From a virus, in the IMG/VR virus record IMGVR_UViG_3300031417_000380: 37,953 nt of DNA. One strand, 5' to 3'. The translations under genes and the position numbers were made by a program. Each line of letters opens with the position of its first letter. Positions within the stretch are counted from its first letter, which is position 1. Below are positions 8,697 to 17,929 of the stretch, in pieces. The notes beneath the pieces were generated by a model. That model made no database searches and was not told where the DNA came from. It saw only the letters and a list, made by a program, of their open reading frames with translations.

Positions 8697-9818
8697 GTGG
8701 GAGACTTCAACATCGCCTGCGGGCTGAGTAACCTGGAAATCCAAGAGGACGACCGTGTCGGGGTGGTTATCCTAGATCATATAGAGGCACATAACTACTC
8801 TGACTACGGTTATTCCGCCGCAAAGCTCTTTGATACAGAACCAACCAAGAATTATCGGCCGCATCTACCGGCGGTCTACGCGCACTACAACGGCTCCGGC
8901 GGGTTCCGCGATGTCGAAGAATCGGGAGTTACACGCTATCTTGAAGAGTATCTTAAGAAGCCGATTCTCGATGTGCTCAACGCGATCGGCGACAGACGCA
9001 AGCTTTACGATGAACACTCTAAAGTCGGCAACCTTTACCTCGAGCCACGGCTTCGAAAGGTGCTTAGAAATAACAAGCTAACTGTCGAGCAAAAGCTTGT
9101 TTCTTTTGGCTTTGCGAAGGTCAATCCGAAGCTCGATGAGCTGAAAGCGTACAGTCACAAGTCGATTCGTCTTGCTCTTCTGGATAGCAACGGCGACAGA
9201 CAACTTTGGCGTGCATCCGAAGGCTCTGATCTGCGCTTCGAGCGGAGCTTCCACGGTGATGCGGCCGACATACTCTCAATATTAAGCTCGACGAGTTACT
9301 GCGCTCCCGGATTCGCAGATCCTGCGCTAGCGCTTACAGTACGACGGTTCAGTGGTATGACTTTCCTACCAGAGGTACTGGACTCTGTTTCTGATCTAGT
9401 AGAGAGCCAGCGCTACTATAGCGACCGGCTTAACTTGCTTACTGAAGAGCTTGAGAAATTCTTCCTCTTCGAGTTATCGCCGGAGTTCTTATCTGCGGTC
9501 CGAAATCTGAACGATCAGGGACCTCAAGCCGTTGCGAGACTCTATCTACAGCACGCTCGTAGTGACTATGTGGAGTCTGAGCTCATAGTTCCTCGTCAGC
9601 AGCTCGAAAGCTTCCGAAGTCTTCTGACAGCCGAAGAAGTGCTATCTCTCAAAAAGCTCGAGTTCGCGCTCTTCGCTCTCAATCGGCGATTTGAGCCGAC
9701 TATGGTGGCTGAAGAAAATAACTCTGATCGGGCAACACTTGTGCTAAACAAAGCCGTGGATGCGATTATCCGTCAAAGGATGTATGATCGTGACGAAGAC
9801 CCAGATGAAATCTTCTGA
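8697..9818 (+). CDS. hypothetical protein, paralog of 9854-10996
   Basis: N-term MGDFNIACGLSNLEIQEDD and C-term LNRRFEP shared with neighbour. Confidence 0.8.
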   Translation: MGDFNIACGLSNLEIQEDDRVGVVILDHIEAHNYSDYGYSAAKLFDTEPTKNYRPHLPAVYAHYNGSGGFRDVEESGVTRYLEEYLKKPILDVLNAIGDRRKLYDEHSKVGNLYLEPRLRKVLRNNKLTVEQKLVSFGFAKVNPKLDELKAYSHKSIRLALLDSNGDRQLWRASEGSDLRFERSFHGDAADILSILSSTSYCAPGFADPALALTVRRFSGMTFLPEVLDSVSDLVESQRYYSDRLNLLTEELEKFFLFELSPEFLSAVRNLNDQGPQAVARLYLQHARSDYVESELIVPRQQLESFRSLLTAEEVLSLKKLEFALFALNRRFEPTMVAEENNSDRATLVLNKAVDAIIRQRMYDRDEDPDEIF

Positions 9819-9853
9819 AATACTTCACCAGGACCACTAACGTAGGGAAAAGC

Positions 9854-10996
9854 ATGGGTAGCTTCGATGTCGGTTGCGCTGTCAGCAACCTCGCGATCCA
9901 CGAGGGCGACGAGATTGGGTTTATGCTCCTTCGTGAGAAGGCAAATCATTACGCCGAACCGCTCAAGCACCGGATTTACGCCACGGATGACTACGAGCCC
10001 TTCTTACCGCCGGTCTACGGCAAGTATGGGGATTACGGTGATCTGGTAGAGATTCAGGAGTCCAATGTAACAAAGACGATCGAGGCGATCTTTAAGCGAC
10101 CAGCCGAAAAGGTTGTCGAGGCCATCGGAGCCGGTCGTACATACTACGACGATTACAGCCCTATCTTTAGTCTCTACATGCCGGACTCGGTGAAGAATGA
10201 TAAGCCGAGCTGGGACGCTCCGGAGCATCGAACTTTTGAGCTTTTCGGCTGGACGCGCATTGAGGCTCCCGAGGGAGCAATCGACGCTTACAGCTGGCGG
10301 GGCTACACCGTCGTGAAGACGCACAATCAATCCTTCGGCCCGGATATGGAGAGCGGTGTCTGGTCGATTCTCCACGGTGAAGAGGTGTTGAAGGAAGGTG
10401 TCAACGGGCATCCTAACGGCTCGGGCCAGCAGATTACGGCTATCTTCTCTGATCTCACCGGAATGCTCCCCGGCTATCCAGATGAAGACTGGGACGCTGT
10501 AAAGCTTCTCGGCAGCATGTACGGTATGTTCTTCCTCAAGCGAGTAAGCGATGAGATGGGCGCTATCCTTCTTAAGGATCGTTACGTAAGTTCAAGCCTT
10601 GAGCGTACTAAGAAAGACCTCGAGAAGGAGTTGTCCATCGATGTGGAGACTCGTAAAGAGGAGCTCGAAGAAGCGGAAAAGCTCGGCATCTACTCAAAGG
10701 ATATGTTGGCCGCGGTCCGTCAGACGTTAATCAAGTTTCCGTCTATCGATCGATGCGTTCAGCTCGAGACTGAAGAGAACGCGCTTCATGTTCAGAAACA
10801 CCTCACTGCAGATGACCTAGTGGCTTCCGAGCTTCTCATCAGTACCATGACTCGTCTTAACCGTATGGTGCAGCCTTCATACTGCGGAAGCCAGTTCGGT
10901 GAAGATCGTCTCTCCAGCAAGCTCAACCGCGTTACGGATACGATCCTTGAAGAGCGTGCTAAGTATTACGGAGACGGCGAAGAAGACGAGGACTGA
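9854..10996 (+). CDS. hypothetical phage-type protein (MGxFxxxCxxSNLxI family)
   Basis: MGSFDVGCAVSNLAIHEGD..LPPVYGKY..LNRMVQPSYCGSQ. Confidence 0.8.
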   Translation: MGSFDVGCAVSNLAIHEGDEIGFMLLREKANHYAEPLKHRIYATDDYEPFLPPVYGKYGDYGDLVEIQESNVTKTIEAIFKRPAEKVVEAIGAGRTYYDDYSPIFSLYMPDSVKNDKPSWDAPEHRTFELFGWTRIEAPEGAIDAYSWRGYTVVKTHNQSFGPDMESGVWSILHGEEVLKEGVNGHPNGSGQQITAIFSDLTGMLPGYPDEDWDAVKLLGSMYGMFFLKRVSDEMGAILLKDRYVSSSLERTKKDLEKELSIDVETRKEELEEAEKLGIYSKDMLAAVRQTLIKFPSIDRCVQLETEENALHVQKHLTADDLVASELLISTMTRLNRMVQPSYCGSQFGEDRLSSKLNRVTDTILEERAKYYGDGEEDED

Positions 10997-10998
10997 CC

Positions 10999-11295
10999 GT
11001 GGGCTACGACATCCAAGGCGAGTTCCAGGCTCAGACAGCTGAAAAGGAGAAGCTCGGTGTCTTTGTGGATGCTACGGAAGAGCTTTACTTCACCGATGAA
11101 TCTCCTGAGTTCCACAACGCGCCCGGTAACAGATTTGTGAATGAGGCTTTCAAGCATCGGCTTCGAATTGAACGAGGCCATCCGAACACGAGCCCTCGGT
11201 ACTTCGTGGAGAAGACTGTGACTGTTGTAGAGCGTGAAGAAATCACCGAAGATGAGTGGCTTCAGCGCACCGGCGAAAAGAGGAATCCCCATTGA
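10999..11295 (+). CDS. hypothetical protein, paralog of 11292-11594
   Basis: YFTDE.PE..PG.RF..PRYF..K.VTV.EREEITE shared. Confidence 0.8.
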   Translation: MGYDIQGEFQAQTAEKEKLGVFVDATEELYFTDESPEFHNAPGNRFVNEAFKHRLRIERGHPNTSPRYFVEKTVTVVEREEITEDEWLQRTGEKRNPH

Positions 11296-11594
11296 GCTAC
11301 ACACCGCGTTCTGAGCTAATCGAAGAGGCGGCTCGCAACGAAGTAGTCGGAGTAGAGATCCAGTCTGAAGAACTCGTCTACTTCACGGACGAACGACCGG
11401 AGCGTAAAGGTCAGCCGGGAGAGCGTTTCATACTTACTCCTGCTGATCGTCGCGTTCGGCACCAGTTCAACGATCCAGCGGTGGCCCCACGTTACTTCCG
11501 CCGGAAAGTCGTGACGGTGATCGAGCGTGAAGAGATTACCGAGGAGGAGTATCTTCAGGCTCACCCGGATCCATTCTGGGCTCGGAAAGTGTGA
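11292..11594 (+). CDS. hypothetical protein (start revised to TTG 11292)
   Basis: TTGA overlap with upstream stop; MSY.. aligns with paralog MGY.. Confidence 0.75.
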   Translation: MSYTPRSELIEEAARNEVVGVEIQSEELVYFTDERPERKGQPGERFILTPADRRVRHQFNDPAVAPRYFRRKVVTVIEREEITEEEYLQAHPDPFWARKV

Positions 11595-11989
11595 CATCAA
11601 CATCTGTTGACACAGGCGATAGCTCTCATATGCCTACGCCTTCGGAGTTACTTGAATCGAGAACAGTCTTGGAGACAGTCTCGCAGCACGAGATAGCGCC
11701 TACGCATCATCGCGTCGTGAGTACTCCCTGTGACTGCTATCACGACTACCAGCCGCTTGAGCACTATCTTTCGCTCCCGACCGTAAACGTCCTAGGCAAC
11801 GAAGCGCCGCCTCAGGTCCAATTGACGCCGGCTGATCCGTGCTTTCGCTCAGCCGATTGGATAGCTGCGATCCGTGGTGAGTCGCCGGAGGGTTACATCC
11901 CGCCCTCGACTCGTTACCTCTGCGGCTGGTGCAAAGATCATTGGATGGTTGCTGGAAGTTCAGCTAATAGCTTCGAACCGCTGCGTTGA
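11591..11989 (+). CDS. hypothetical Cys/His-containing protein
   Basis: GTGA overlap; CDC, C, CGWC..H residues. Confidence 0.6.
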   Translation: MTSTSVDTGDSSHMPTPSELLESRTVLETVSQHEIAPTHHRVVSTPCDCYHDYQPLEHYLSLPTVNVLGNEAPPQVQLTPADPCFRSADWIAAIRGESPEGYIPPSTRYLCGWCKDHWMVAGSSANSFEPLR

Positions 11990-12211
11990 GTCGTAGCGGA
12001 GAAGCGCTGTAAAGATCGCGTCGAGCTCCTGAACTTCGGCTCTGGGGATAGCTTCGGTCATGCTGACGAAGACCGAAATCGACTCACCGGAGAGCGCGGC
12101 CTTCAGCCCTACCAGAACAGCGAGGTGAGCACGCGCCGTTTCGAGATCGCCGCAGAGCTCTCGACCGACGGTGCGAGCGAGGTGTTCTTGAAGCGCAAGC
12201 AGGTTCTCCAT
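11960..12211 (-). CDS. hypothetical protein (start revised to ATG 12211)
   Basis: SD GAAAGGA before MENLL; promoter TTGACG-N18-TACGAT at 12240-12269. Confidence 0.65.
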   Translation of the reverse strand: MENLLALQEHLARTVGRELCGDLETARAHLAVLVGLKAALSGESISVFVSMTEAIPRAEVQELDAIFTALLRYDSTQRFEAIS

Positions 12212-12308
12212 GACTAATCCTTTCGAAGCGGTTATAACCATCGTACACCGCCTTAAGAGGTTACGTCAAACGCTTAATGTAAGAGACTTAGCAGCTTTCT
12301 AAGCCCAG

Positions 12309-12444
12309 TAGCCGTTCGGACGGTACGGTTATGCAGAACTGACGCCTACGCCGTAAGAACCCTAGCTATCGCTGTTTAGAACCCCTCTACTCCCCCGGAC
12401 TAGCAAGGGAGCTAGGATTGTCGAGCGTAGCGCTGTTTTGAGCT
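12309..12444. repeat. dispersed intergenic repeat, copy A
   Basis: blocks TAGCC..GTAC..CAGAAC..GTAAGAACCCT..CTGTTTA..AGCGTAGCGCTGTTTTGAGCT recur in the same order at 22582-22713. Confidence 0.75.
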
Positions 12445-12450
12445 TAAACT

Positions 12451-12486
12451 TCTAGGCGGCTTCCCGCGTTTGAGAAGCCGCCTAGA
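12451..12486 (-). terminator. hairpin terminator
   Basis: 13-bp stem TCTAGGCGGCTTC/GAAGCCGCCTAGA just after stop at 12499. Confidence 0.7.
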
Positions 12487-12498
12487 GATGATTAGCTG

Positions 12499-13644
12499 TT
12501 AGCGAAGCTCCCAGAACTTCTCACGAAGCTCAGCTGAGATTTCTTCGATTGTGGCACGAACGTTTTCTCCTCGACCGGAGGCGTAGGTGCGCTCGTTCTC
12601 GAGGAATCGGCGTGCCTGCTCCATATCGTTGATCTCGTTTGCAGCCTGCTCATAGTTACGTGGCAGGCTCATCGGAGTTTCGCGCTTAGAAGCCGGCTTC
12701 GCAGCGGCCGCAACACGAGCAGCGGTGTCGTATTCCTGAACTGTCTCACCCCAGTCAGCACCACGCTCCTGAGCAATGCTAAAGACCTTAGCACGTGCCT
12801 CGTCTGAGAGGCCGCTCACCATGTTCGGGAACGTCTGCTCGAGCACGTCTCGAGCCACCTTAGGGTCGATCTCTGACTTGCCGCGGAAAGTGTAGATCGC
12901 CTGAGACATGGGGTTCTTCGCCTCGGCTACGGCACGACCCTGCTCAGTCTTTGGCTCTCCGATGGAGGTGGCGTCACCTGGCTGACGTACGACCTCTACG
13001 AGGTCAGCGTAGGCTACGTACTCGTTGAGTGTTGCGCCACGAAGGCCCTGGCCGCGCTCAGCGGCGGCTCGGAATAGCTGATCCTTGAGATCGATGTTCG
13101 TACCAGCCAGCGTCTTCGTGAAGGCGGCCTCGGCCACATCCTGAAGATCCGAGTCGGGGTAGCGCGAGATGAAGTCGCGAGCTTCATCAATTGGGAAGTC
13201 GGCGTTCTTTACCGATGCGAGCGGCATGGCCTTTGAGAGCGACTCCACCATCTCACGACGCTGCTTATCCACAGCCTTGTCGTGCTCGGTCATTTCTGCA
13301 AGCGGGTGCTTTGGCTCAAGCACTTCGATGCTACCGTCTTGAAGCATAGCGAGGCTCGGCTTGGCGTCTCCCTGGAGCGAGACCTTACCGCTCACTAGGC
13401 GGCCGTCAAACGGTGAGTCATCATTGGTTGCGACCTGTTCAGGCTTCGGACGAGCCAGACCGGGGTTCTTCTGTGGAGCCTTCTTAAGTGGCTTCGTAGA
13501 AGCAGCGTCGTTCTGCTTGCTCTCAAAAGCTTCGCGTGCTTCAGCTTTCGTTTCGTAGTGATCTTCGTCCGAAGCGAAAGGGCAGTTACCGTCCTGAGCC
13601 CGACAGATGTTCGGGTTACCGGTGCTTGGGCTGATGTGATACAC
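12499..13644 (-). CDS. protein with N-terminal H-C-C-H putative Zn-binding module
   Basis: YHISPSTGNPNICRAQDGNCPFASDEDHY followed by a Lys/Pro linker and helical body. Confidence 0.75.
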   Translation of the reverse strand: MYHISPSTGNPNICRAQDGNCPFASDEDHYETKAEAREAFESKQNDAASTKPLKKAPQKNPGLARPKPEQVATNDDSPFDGRLVSGKVSLQGDAKPSLAMLQDGSIEVLEPKHPLAEMTEHDKAVDKQRREMVESLSKAMPLASVKNADFPIDEARDFISRYPDSDLQDVAEAAFTKTLAGTNIDLKDQLFRAAAERGQGLRGATLNEYVAYADLVEVVRQPGDATSIGEPKTEQGRAVAEAKNPMSQAIYTFRGKSEIDPKVARDVLEQTFPNMVSGLSDEARAKVFSIAQERGADWGETVQEYDTAARVAAAAKPASKRETPMSLPRNYEQAANEINDMEQARRFLENERTYASGRGENVRATIEEISAELREKFWELR

Positions 13645-13695
13645 GAAAGGCCTCCGACGTGGTTGAGTTGATGTCGTCGGCTACCTCTCTAACCG

Positions 13696-14136
13696 CTAGT
13701 CCTCTTGCTCAGTTTCACGGTCGCTTAGAAGTGTTTGGATCTGCATGAAGAGCGGCGTCATGCGAAGCCACTCCTCAGCCGGAAAGCTCACCGGATTAAT
13801 ACGATGCTTGAGATAATCGCCGAAGCCGTCTTTGACTCCCATCGGCAGAACCATGGAGAGTTGCTCGATGGCATACCGTAAGGAGCAACCCATGTGGAAA
13901 TCCTCAGCGTTAAGCAGCAGGAACTCTTCGACGTTACTAAGATAGCCATCTTCCATCTCTTCGAGAAGATGAGGTGTACCGTGAGTATCCACCCACCAGA
14001 CATCCTGATCGAAGACACGAAGATCGAGACGGCCCTCGCCGTACTGTCCAAACTCAGTAAACGGCTTTTCATCATCAGCTAGGAACTCATCGGCGGGTAC
14101 CGGCGAGGCAGGGCGGAAGTCAGATTCGTCCATCAT
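13696..14136 (-). CDS. hypothetical actinophage-type protein
   Basis: SD AAGGAG; LDLRVFDQDVWWVD..PH.L.EM..WL..TPL. Confidence 0.75.
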   Translation of the reverse strand: MMDESDFRPASPVPADEFLADDEKPFTEFGQYGEGRLDLRVFDQDVWWVDTHGTPHLLEEMEDGYLSNVEEFLLLNAEDFHMGCSLRYAIEQLSMVLPMGVKDGFGDYLKHRINPVSFPAEEWLRMTPLFMQIQTLLSDRETEQED

Positions 14137-14145
14137 GCTGTCTCC

Positions 14146-14619
14146 TTAGAATGTTAGTCTGAGAGCTTTAGCGGTTTCTGCCCGGAGGGCGTCGTCCTCG
14201 CGAAGCTGAGCAACGACACCACGCTTAGCTTTCTCTAGCTGTGAGGCGACTTTACCTGGCTCTGCGTAGAAGCTGTCGCGGAAATAGCGGAATCGTTCAT
14301 AGCGCGCTCGGCTGACAAGCACCACTTTGACAAGCTTCTCATCGTCTGTAAAGTGCTCTTCTACAGAGAAATGTTGATTACTTTCAAGCTCTTGGACGTT
14401 ACCGTACTCATCCACGTACTTCTTATGAAGCGCTTGACGTTCACGAGCTCGATACTCTCGTGGCTGATTGCTGTTGATACCGGCTAAGATAAAACCTAAG
14501 CGATGCAGCTTATCGAGAAATGGAGTCGGCTTCACATGCTTCGGCTGATCTTCTTTTATCTGCTTGATTGCTTGCTCAGCAGGCTGCTGCGGTAATATAA
14601 GCTTCTGCTGTTGAGTCAT
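14146..14619 (-). CDS. hypothetical protein
   Basis: 157-aa ORF in tight minus-strand run. Confidence 0.7.
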   Translation of the reverse strand: MTQQQKLILPQQPAEQAIKQIKEDQPKHVKPTPFLDKLHRLGFILAGINSNQPREYRARERQALHKKYVDEYGNVQELESNQHFSVEEHFTDDEKLVKVVLVSRARYERFRYFRDSFYAEPGKVASQLEKAKRGVVAQLREDDALRAETAKALRLTF

Positions 14620-14622
14620 CGA

Positions 14623-14937
14623 TCACTTAGCTTTCTTCGCTTCGATACGAAGCGCCTTGATGAGCTTCGGCTGAGCCTTCGCCGCCTGCTTGTACAGTGC
14701 AGCCACTTTGCGCTTGGAGAGATCAGACGACGGGCGTGTGCCGGTGAGTCGCTCTATGAAGAACTTCGTGAACTCCTGGTTCTGCTCTTCTCCGAGCTCG
14801 CCCCAGTCTGATGCATCGTGATAGGTCTCGCTGTGCGTGAAGAGCTGTGCGACGAGCTCCTCGTTAATGGGAAAGCCGAGGCGCTGCTCGAGCTCGTCTT
14901 TGAGCTCTCGAAGTACCTGGCGGTCGATCATAGCCAT
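14623..14937 (-). CDS. hypothetical protein
   Basis: SD GAGGA; operon spacing. Confidence 0.7.
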   Translation of the reverse strand: MAMIDRQVLRELKDELEQRLGFPINEELVAQLFTHSETYHDASDWGELGEEQNQEFTKFFIERLTGTRPSSDLSKRKVAALYKQAAKAQPKLIKALRIEAKKAK

Positions 14938-14980
14938 GAGTGATTGTCCTCTGAACGCTAAAGCGTGGGATCTGCTACGA

Positions 14981-15334
14981 TTATGCTACCGAGTTCTCTT
15001 CTCGCGCGAAGAAGATGTCTCCAAAGGCTAATCTCTCCTGAGCTAAAAGATCGCTAAGAATCCAGCTGCCTTCGCGCTCGTCAATTCGGGGAGCATCAAC
15101 CATGAGGTTAGCTGCAGCGATGCGACTGATCTTGTTGAAGTGAACGAGCTCGTTGTTTCCGTAGAACTCCTGCTCAAGATCTAGGTGCCGACGCCAGTCG
15201 TCAGAGTTTGGGACGTAGGCGAAGAATCGGTGCTCGCCAAATGTTTCTAGCGCACCGATCCAGAGGAGTCGGTGCTGGTCGTCGTGGACCTCGTAGTGGG
15301 CGTAGCTATGCTTCTGTCGGTTTGTGAAAGTCAT
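14981..15334 (-). CDS. hypothetical protein
   Basis: SD AAGGAG before ATG. Confidence 0.7.
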   Translation of the reverse strand: MTFTNRQKHSYAHYEVHDDQHRLLWIGALETFGEHRFFAYVPNSDDWRRHLDLEQEFYGNNELVHFNKISRIAAANLMVDAPRIDEREGSWILSDLLAQERLAFGDIFFAREENSVA

Positions 15335-15530
15335 CGGTGGCTCTCCTTCCTAAGAAAGCTATCGCCGCACCTACTGACCTAGTAACACCTGAAGAAGCTT
15401 TGTAATCCCAACGGTGAAAACAACCAAACCAGCGGCCTGAAGAAGCGCGTAGACTCCACCGAGGATAGTCTGTTTTAGAGTGAGATTGTCTTTAGCCACG
15501 GTTGTCCTATCGGTGCGGTACTATAGAGTC

Positions 15531-15803
15531 ATGAAGAGAATCCCTAAGCCATCAGCCGTCGTTTCAGCACTCTGGGATGAGGTGAGCGGCCGTCGACTCG
15601 TACGGAACGCTCAGCTCATGCTTCGCCGTCTCGAGGAGGAGTGCGTGGAGTATGAGGCGAAGCTACCGGAACTCAACGGTTGGGCCCACGCTGAAACCTC
15701 GGCCAAACTTCAGGTAGCACGAGAGAACTACAAGAAGCTCGACCAGTGGTTCGATGACTGCGGCTACAGTAAAGGACGTAGAGTAGCCGAGCTTACTTCT
15801 TAA
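15531..15803 (+). CDS. hypothetical helical protein (leaderless, start revised to ATG 15531)
   Basis: TACTAT-N6-ATG. Confidence 0.65.
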   Translation: MKRIPKPSAVVSALWDEVSGRRLVRNAQLMLRRLEEECVEYEAKLPELNGWAHAETSAKLQVARENYKKLDQWFDDCGYSKGRRVAELTS

Positions 15804-16207
15804 GGAGCGACTTCCTTGGTACGGGAATCGTAAACAGCGATAGGCCTTTTCATGAGCTCATCGCTCACCTTAGTGACCTCGATGGTGTAGTGGTCTAAGC
15901 TGCCGGCGAAGTAGATGCGGTACTTCTGATCCGTCACCGTTACGTTAGCACGGCTGATGCTCTTATCCTTCTTGTCCGTAAATAGAACATCACCTTCCCC
16001 GACAAACGCGCCACCGACAAGCGTGTTATCCGGAAGCTTTTCTGTGGCCTTGTCTAACGAGACTCCTGCCTGAATGAGCGACTGATCAAGCTCGCGTTTT
16101 GACTTTGCCTCATCCAGCTTTGGGATGCCGTAGAAGTAGAAAGCTCCAGCCACGCCGATGGCCAGCACAGGGGTGATGATCGATGCTACAATTACCTTAG
16201 CGCTCAT
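15800..16207 (-). CDS. N-terminally membrane-anchored protein
   Basis: hydrophobic segment VIVASIITPVLAIGVAGAFYFYG; SD GGAGGAG. Confidence 0.75.
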   Translation of the reverse strand: MSAKVIVASIITPVLAIGVAGAFYFYGIPKLDEAKSKRELDQSLIQAGVSLDKATEKLPDNTLVGGAFVGEGDVLFTDKKDKSISRANVTVTDQKYRIYFAGSLDHYTIEVTKVSDELMKRPIAVYDSRTKEVAP

Positions 16208-16388
16208 CAGTGTTCTCCTCTTCCTTCGGGGTGTGCTTCTCGATGACCTCGAGAATGCGTTCCTTTACTCCACCCTTGCCGGTCCATGTAACTGCCGGCG
16301 TCTTGTCGATGAACCGGATTAGCTCTTGGAGAGTCTCCAGGTCAGGCGCTCCCCTGAACTCGGGCTTCTTATCGTTCTTGTCGCTCAC
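16197..16388 (-). CDS. small hypothetical protein (start revised to GTG 16388)
   Basis: GAAAG SD-like sequence, short overlap with upstream gene. Confidence 0.55.
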   Translation of the reverse strand: MSDKNDKKPEFRGAPDLETLQELIRFIDKTPAVTWTGKGGVKERILEVIEKHTPKEEENTDER

Positions 16389-16569
16389 GTTCGTCTTTCT
16401 CGAAGTATGCTTGGTCCTCCGCGTCGATGACACGGCAAGCTGGACAGGTTACGTTCTCTGGATAGTAGGCGACGGCACTGACGTTAGTCGAACCACACTC
16501 TACAACGGCAAAGGTCTTTCCGTCGCGATCGACGTTCTTTACGAATCGATGAGCCAACATTTCAGCCAT
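16369..16569 (-). CDS. small putative Zn-finger protein
   Basis: H..ECG..VTCPAC. Confidence 0.6.
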   Translation of the reverse strand: MAEMLAHRFVKNVDRDGKTFAVVECGSTNVSAVAYYPENVTCPACRVIDAEDQAYFEKDERERQER

Positions 16570-16571
16570 GA

Positions 16572-16970
16572 CTAAATCCGGATTCGATCGAAGAGCAAGT
16601 CGAAGCGCTCCTGCACTACATGCACGAGGCCGTTGGAAGCTCCGTTAGGGCAATAGACGAACTCATCGCCGACGTTGTGAGGCGCTCCGGAGAGATCGAT
16701 GGCGTAACCGTCGATCCGGTTCCAGTAGTGGTAGACGCCGTTGGTACGGCCACACTCGATGGTGCCGCCGTAAGCGTACTGAACGATGAGCGCCACGACA
16801 TCTGAGTGGCCACGGTGAGGCTCATCCTCGGACCAGTTGCGGTCATTTGAGGTTTCAGCACAGAGTGCTCGCTGGATAGCCTTCGAAAGATCGTAAAGAT
16901 CATTCGGTCCGATCTGCGACTTGAAGATGCGGTGCTTGCGAGCTACAGTGGTTGGCTGATCGATGCTCAT
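16572..16970 (-). CDS. YunG-like protein
   Basis: AETS..WS..P.RGH.DVVALIVQ..YGG.I....HYWNRIDG..IDL matches the YunG pattern. Confidence 0.7.
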   Translation of the reverse strand: MSIDQPTTVARKHRIFKSQIGPNDLYDLSKAIQRALCAETSNDRNWSEDEPHRGHSDVVALIVQYAYGGTIECGRTNGVYHYWNRIDGYAIDLSGAPHNVGDEFVYCPNGASNGLVHVVQERFDLLFDRIRI

Positions 16971-17024
16971 GGGTTACTCCCTACTGTTAAGCTTATCCTA
17001 ACACGACTTCCGTCGGCTCCGGCG

Positions 17025-17053
17025 TTGTTATAGCTCTTTCTAAGGTGTACAGT
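17025..17053 (+). promoter_or_regulatory. SigA-like promoter
   Basis: TTGTTA-N17-TACAGT upstream of 17082. Confidence 0.5.
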
Positions 17054-17081
17054 TAACGATACATCTACGAAAGGTCGAAGC

Positions 17082-17339
17082 ATGCGAATCCTCATTGCCT
17101 ATGAGAAGGGCGAGCCGGACTATTACGCGATCCCGGACGACGCTGCTCTCGGCCGCGTGGCCATGAAGCTCATCGAAGAGCGCGATGCCGCTGGTTACTA
17201 CACTGCTGAGCTCGCCGAAGCCGATCATCTGGCGTCTGTGCTTCAGTCGCGTAATCCGCGCGATGCTCTACGCTTCCTGCTAAGTCGTAACGAAGCTGAG
17301 TACGAGCGCATCGCCGTTGTCAACGTCAAGGAGATCTAA
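17082..17339 (+). CDS. hypothetical protein
   Basis: SD GAAAGG; first gene of a + operon. Confidence 0.7.
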   Translation: MRILIAYEKGEPDYYAIPDDAALGRVAMKLIEERDAAGYYTAELAEADHLASVLQSRNPRDALRFLLSRNEAEYERIAVVNVKEI

Positions 17340-17341
17340 CC

Positions 17342-17929
17342 ATGCTTCGCTTTGCTACTCACCAAATCGGACAGCGCGTAAGGCTGCGCGATCACGAGTC
17401 CGAGCACGGCCAAGTGGTCGAAGGTGTGCTCGAAGAACTCGATCTGGCTCACCGCGACGAGGTCTGGCGTCGAGCCCGTATCGATGGAGAGTGGGTCTAT
17501 CTCACTGATTGGGGTCGCTATGATGTGCTGGAGCGGGACGGCAAGACCATTCCCGAGGTCGAGGGCGTCTACCGTATCGTTTCCGACGAGGTGAGTGAGA
17601 CGGAGCAACTCGTACAGCTTGATGACAAAGGGCAGTGGTGGCCGTACCCCTACGTGTTCTCCGGCTGGCGCACGGCTGAGCTTCTCATCTTCGACGGTCT
17701 CGAGCTTGAGCCTGAGCTCAAGCCGGATTACCCCGAGATCAAGAACCCGGAGGAGCGCGAGCGTCATCTCAACAAGCTTCGCGCTAAGTCTAGCGCATGG
17801 GAGGCCGGGTACGCTGCTGCTCAGAACGGCGAGCAGCGATTCACAAATCCCTATGCTGTCTGCAGCATCTGCGAAGAAATCGGCGGGAAGCACGATCAGT
17901 CGAAGCACGACAAGTACTACGCCGAATGA
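17342..17929 (+). CDS. hypothetical protein with WEAGY..NPY and CxxC motifs
   Basis: SD AAGGAG; 195 aa. Confidence 0.7.
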   Translation: MLRFATHQIGQRVRLRDHESEHGQVVEGVLEELDLAHRDEVWRRARIDGEWVYLTDWGRYDVLERDGKTIPEVEGVYRIVSDEVSETEQLVQLDDKGQWWPYPYVFSGWRTAELLIFDGLELEPELKPDYPEIKNPEERERHLNKLRAKSSAWEAGYAAAQNGEQRFTNPYAVCSICEEIGGKHDQSKHDKYYAE

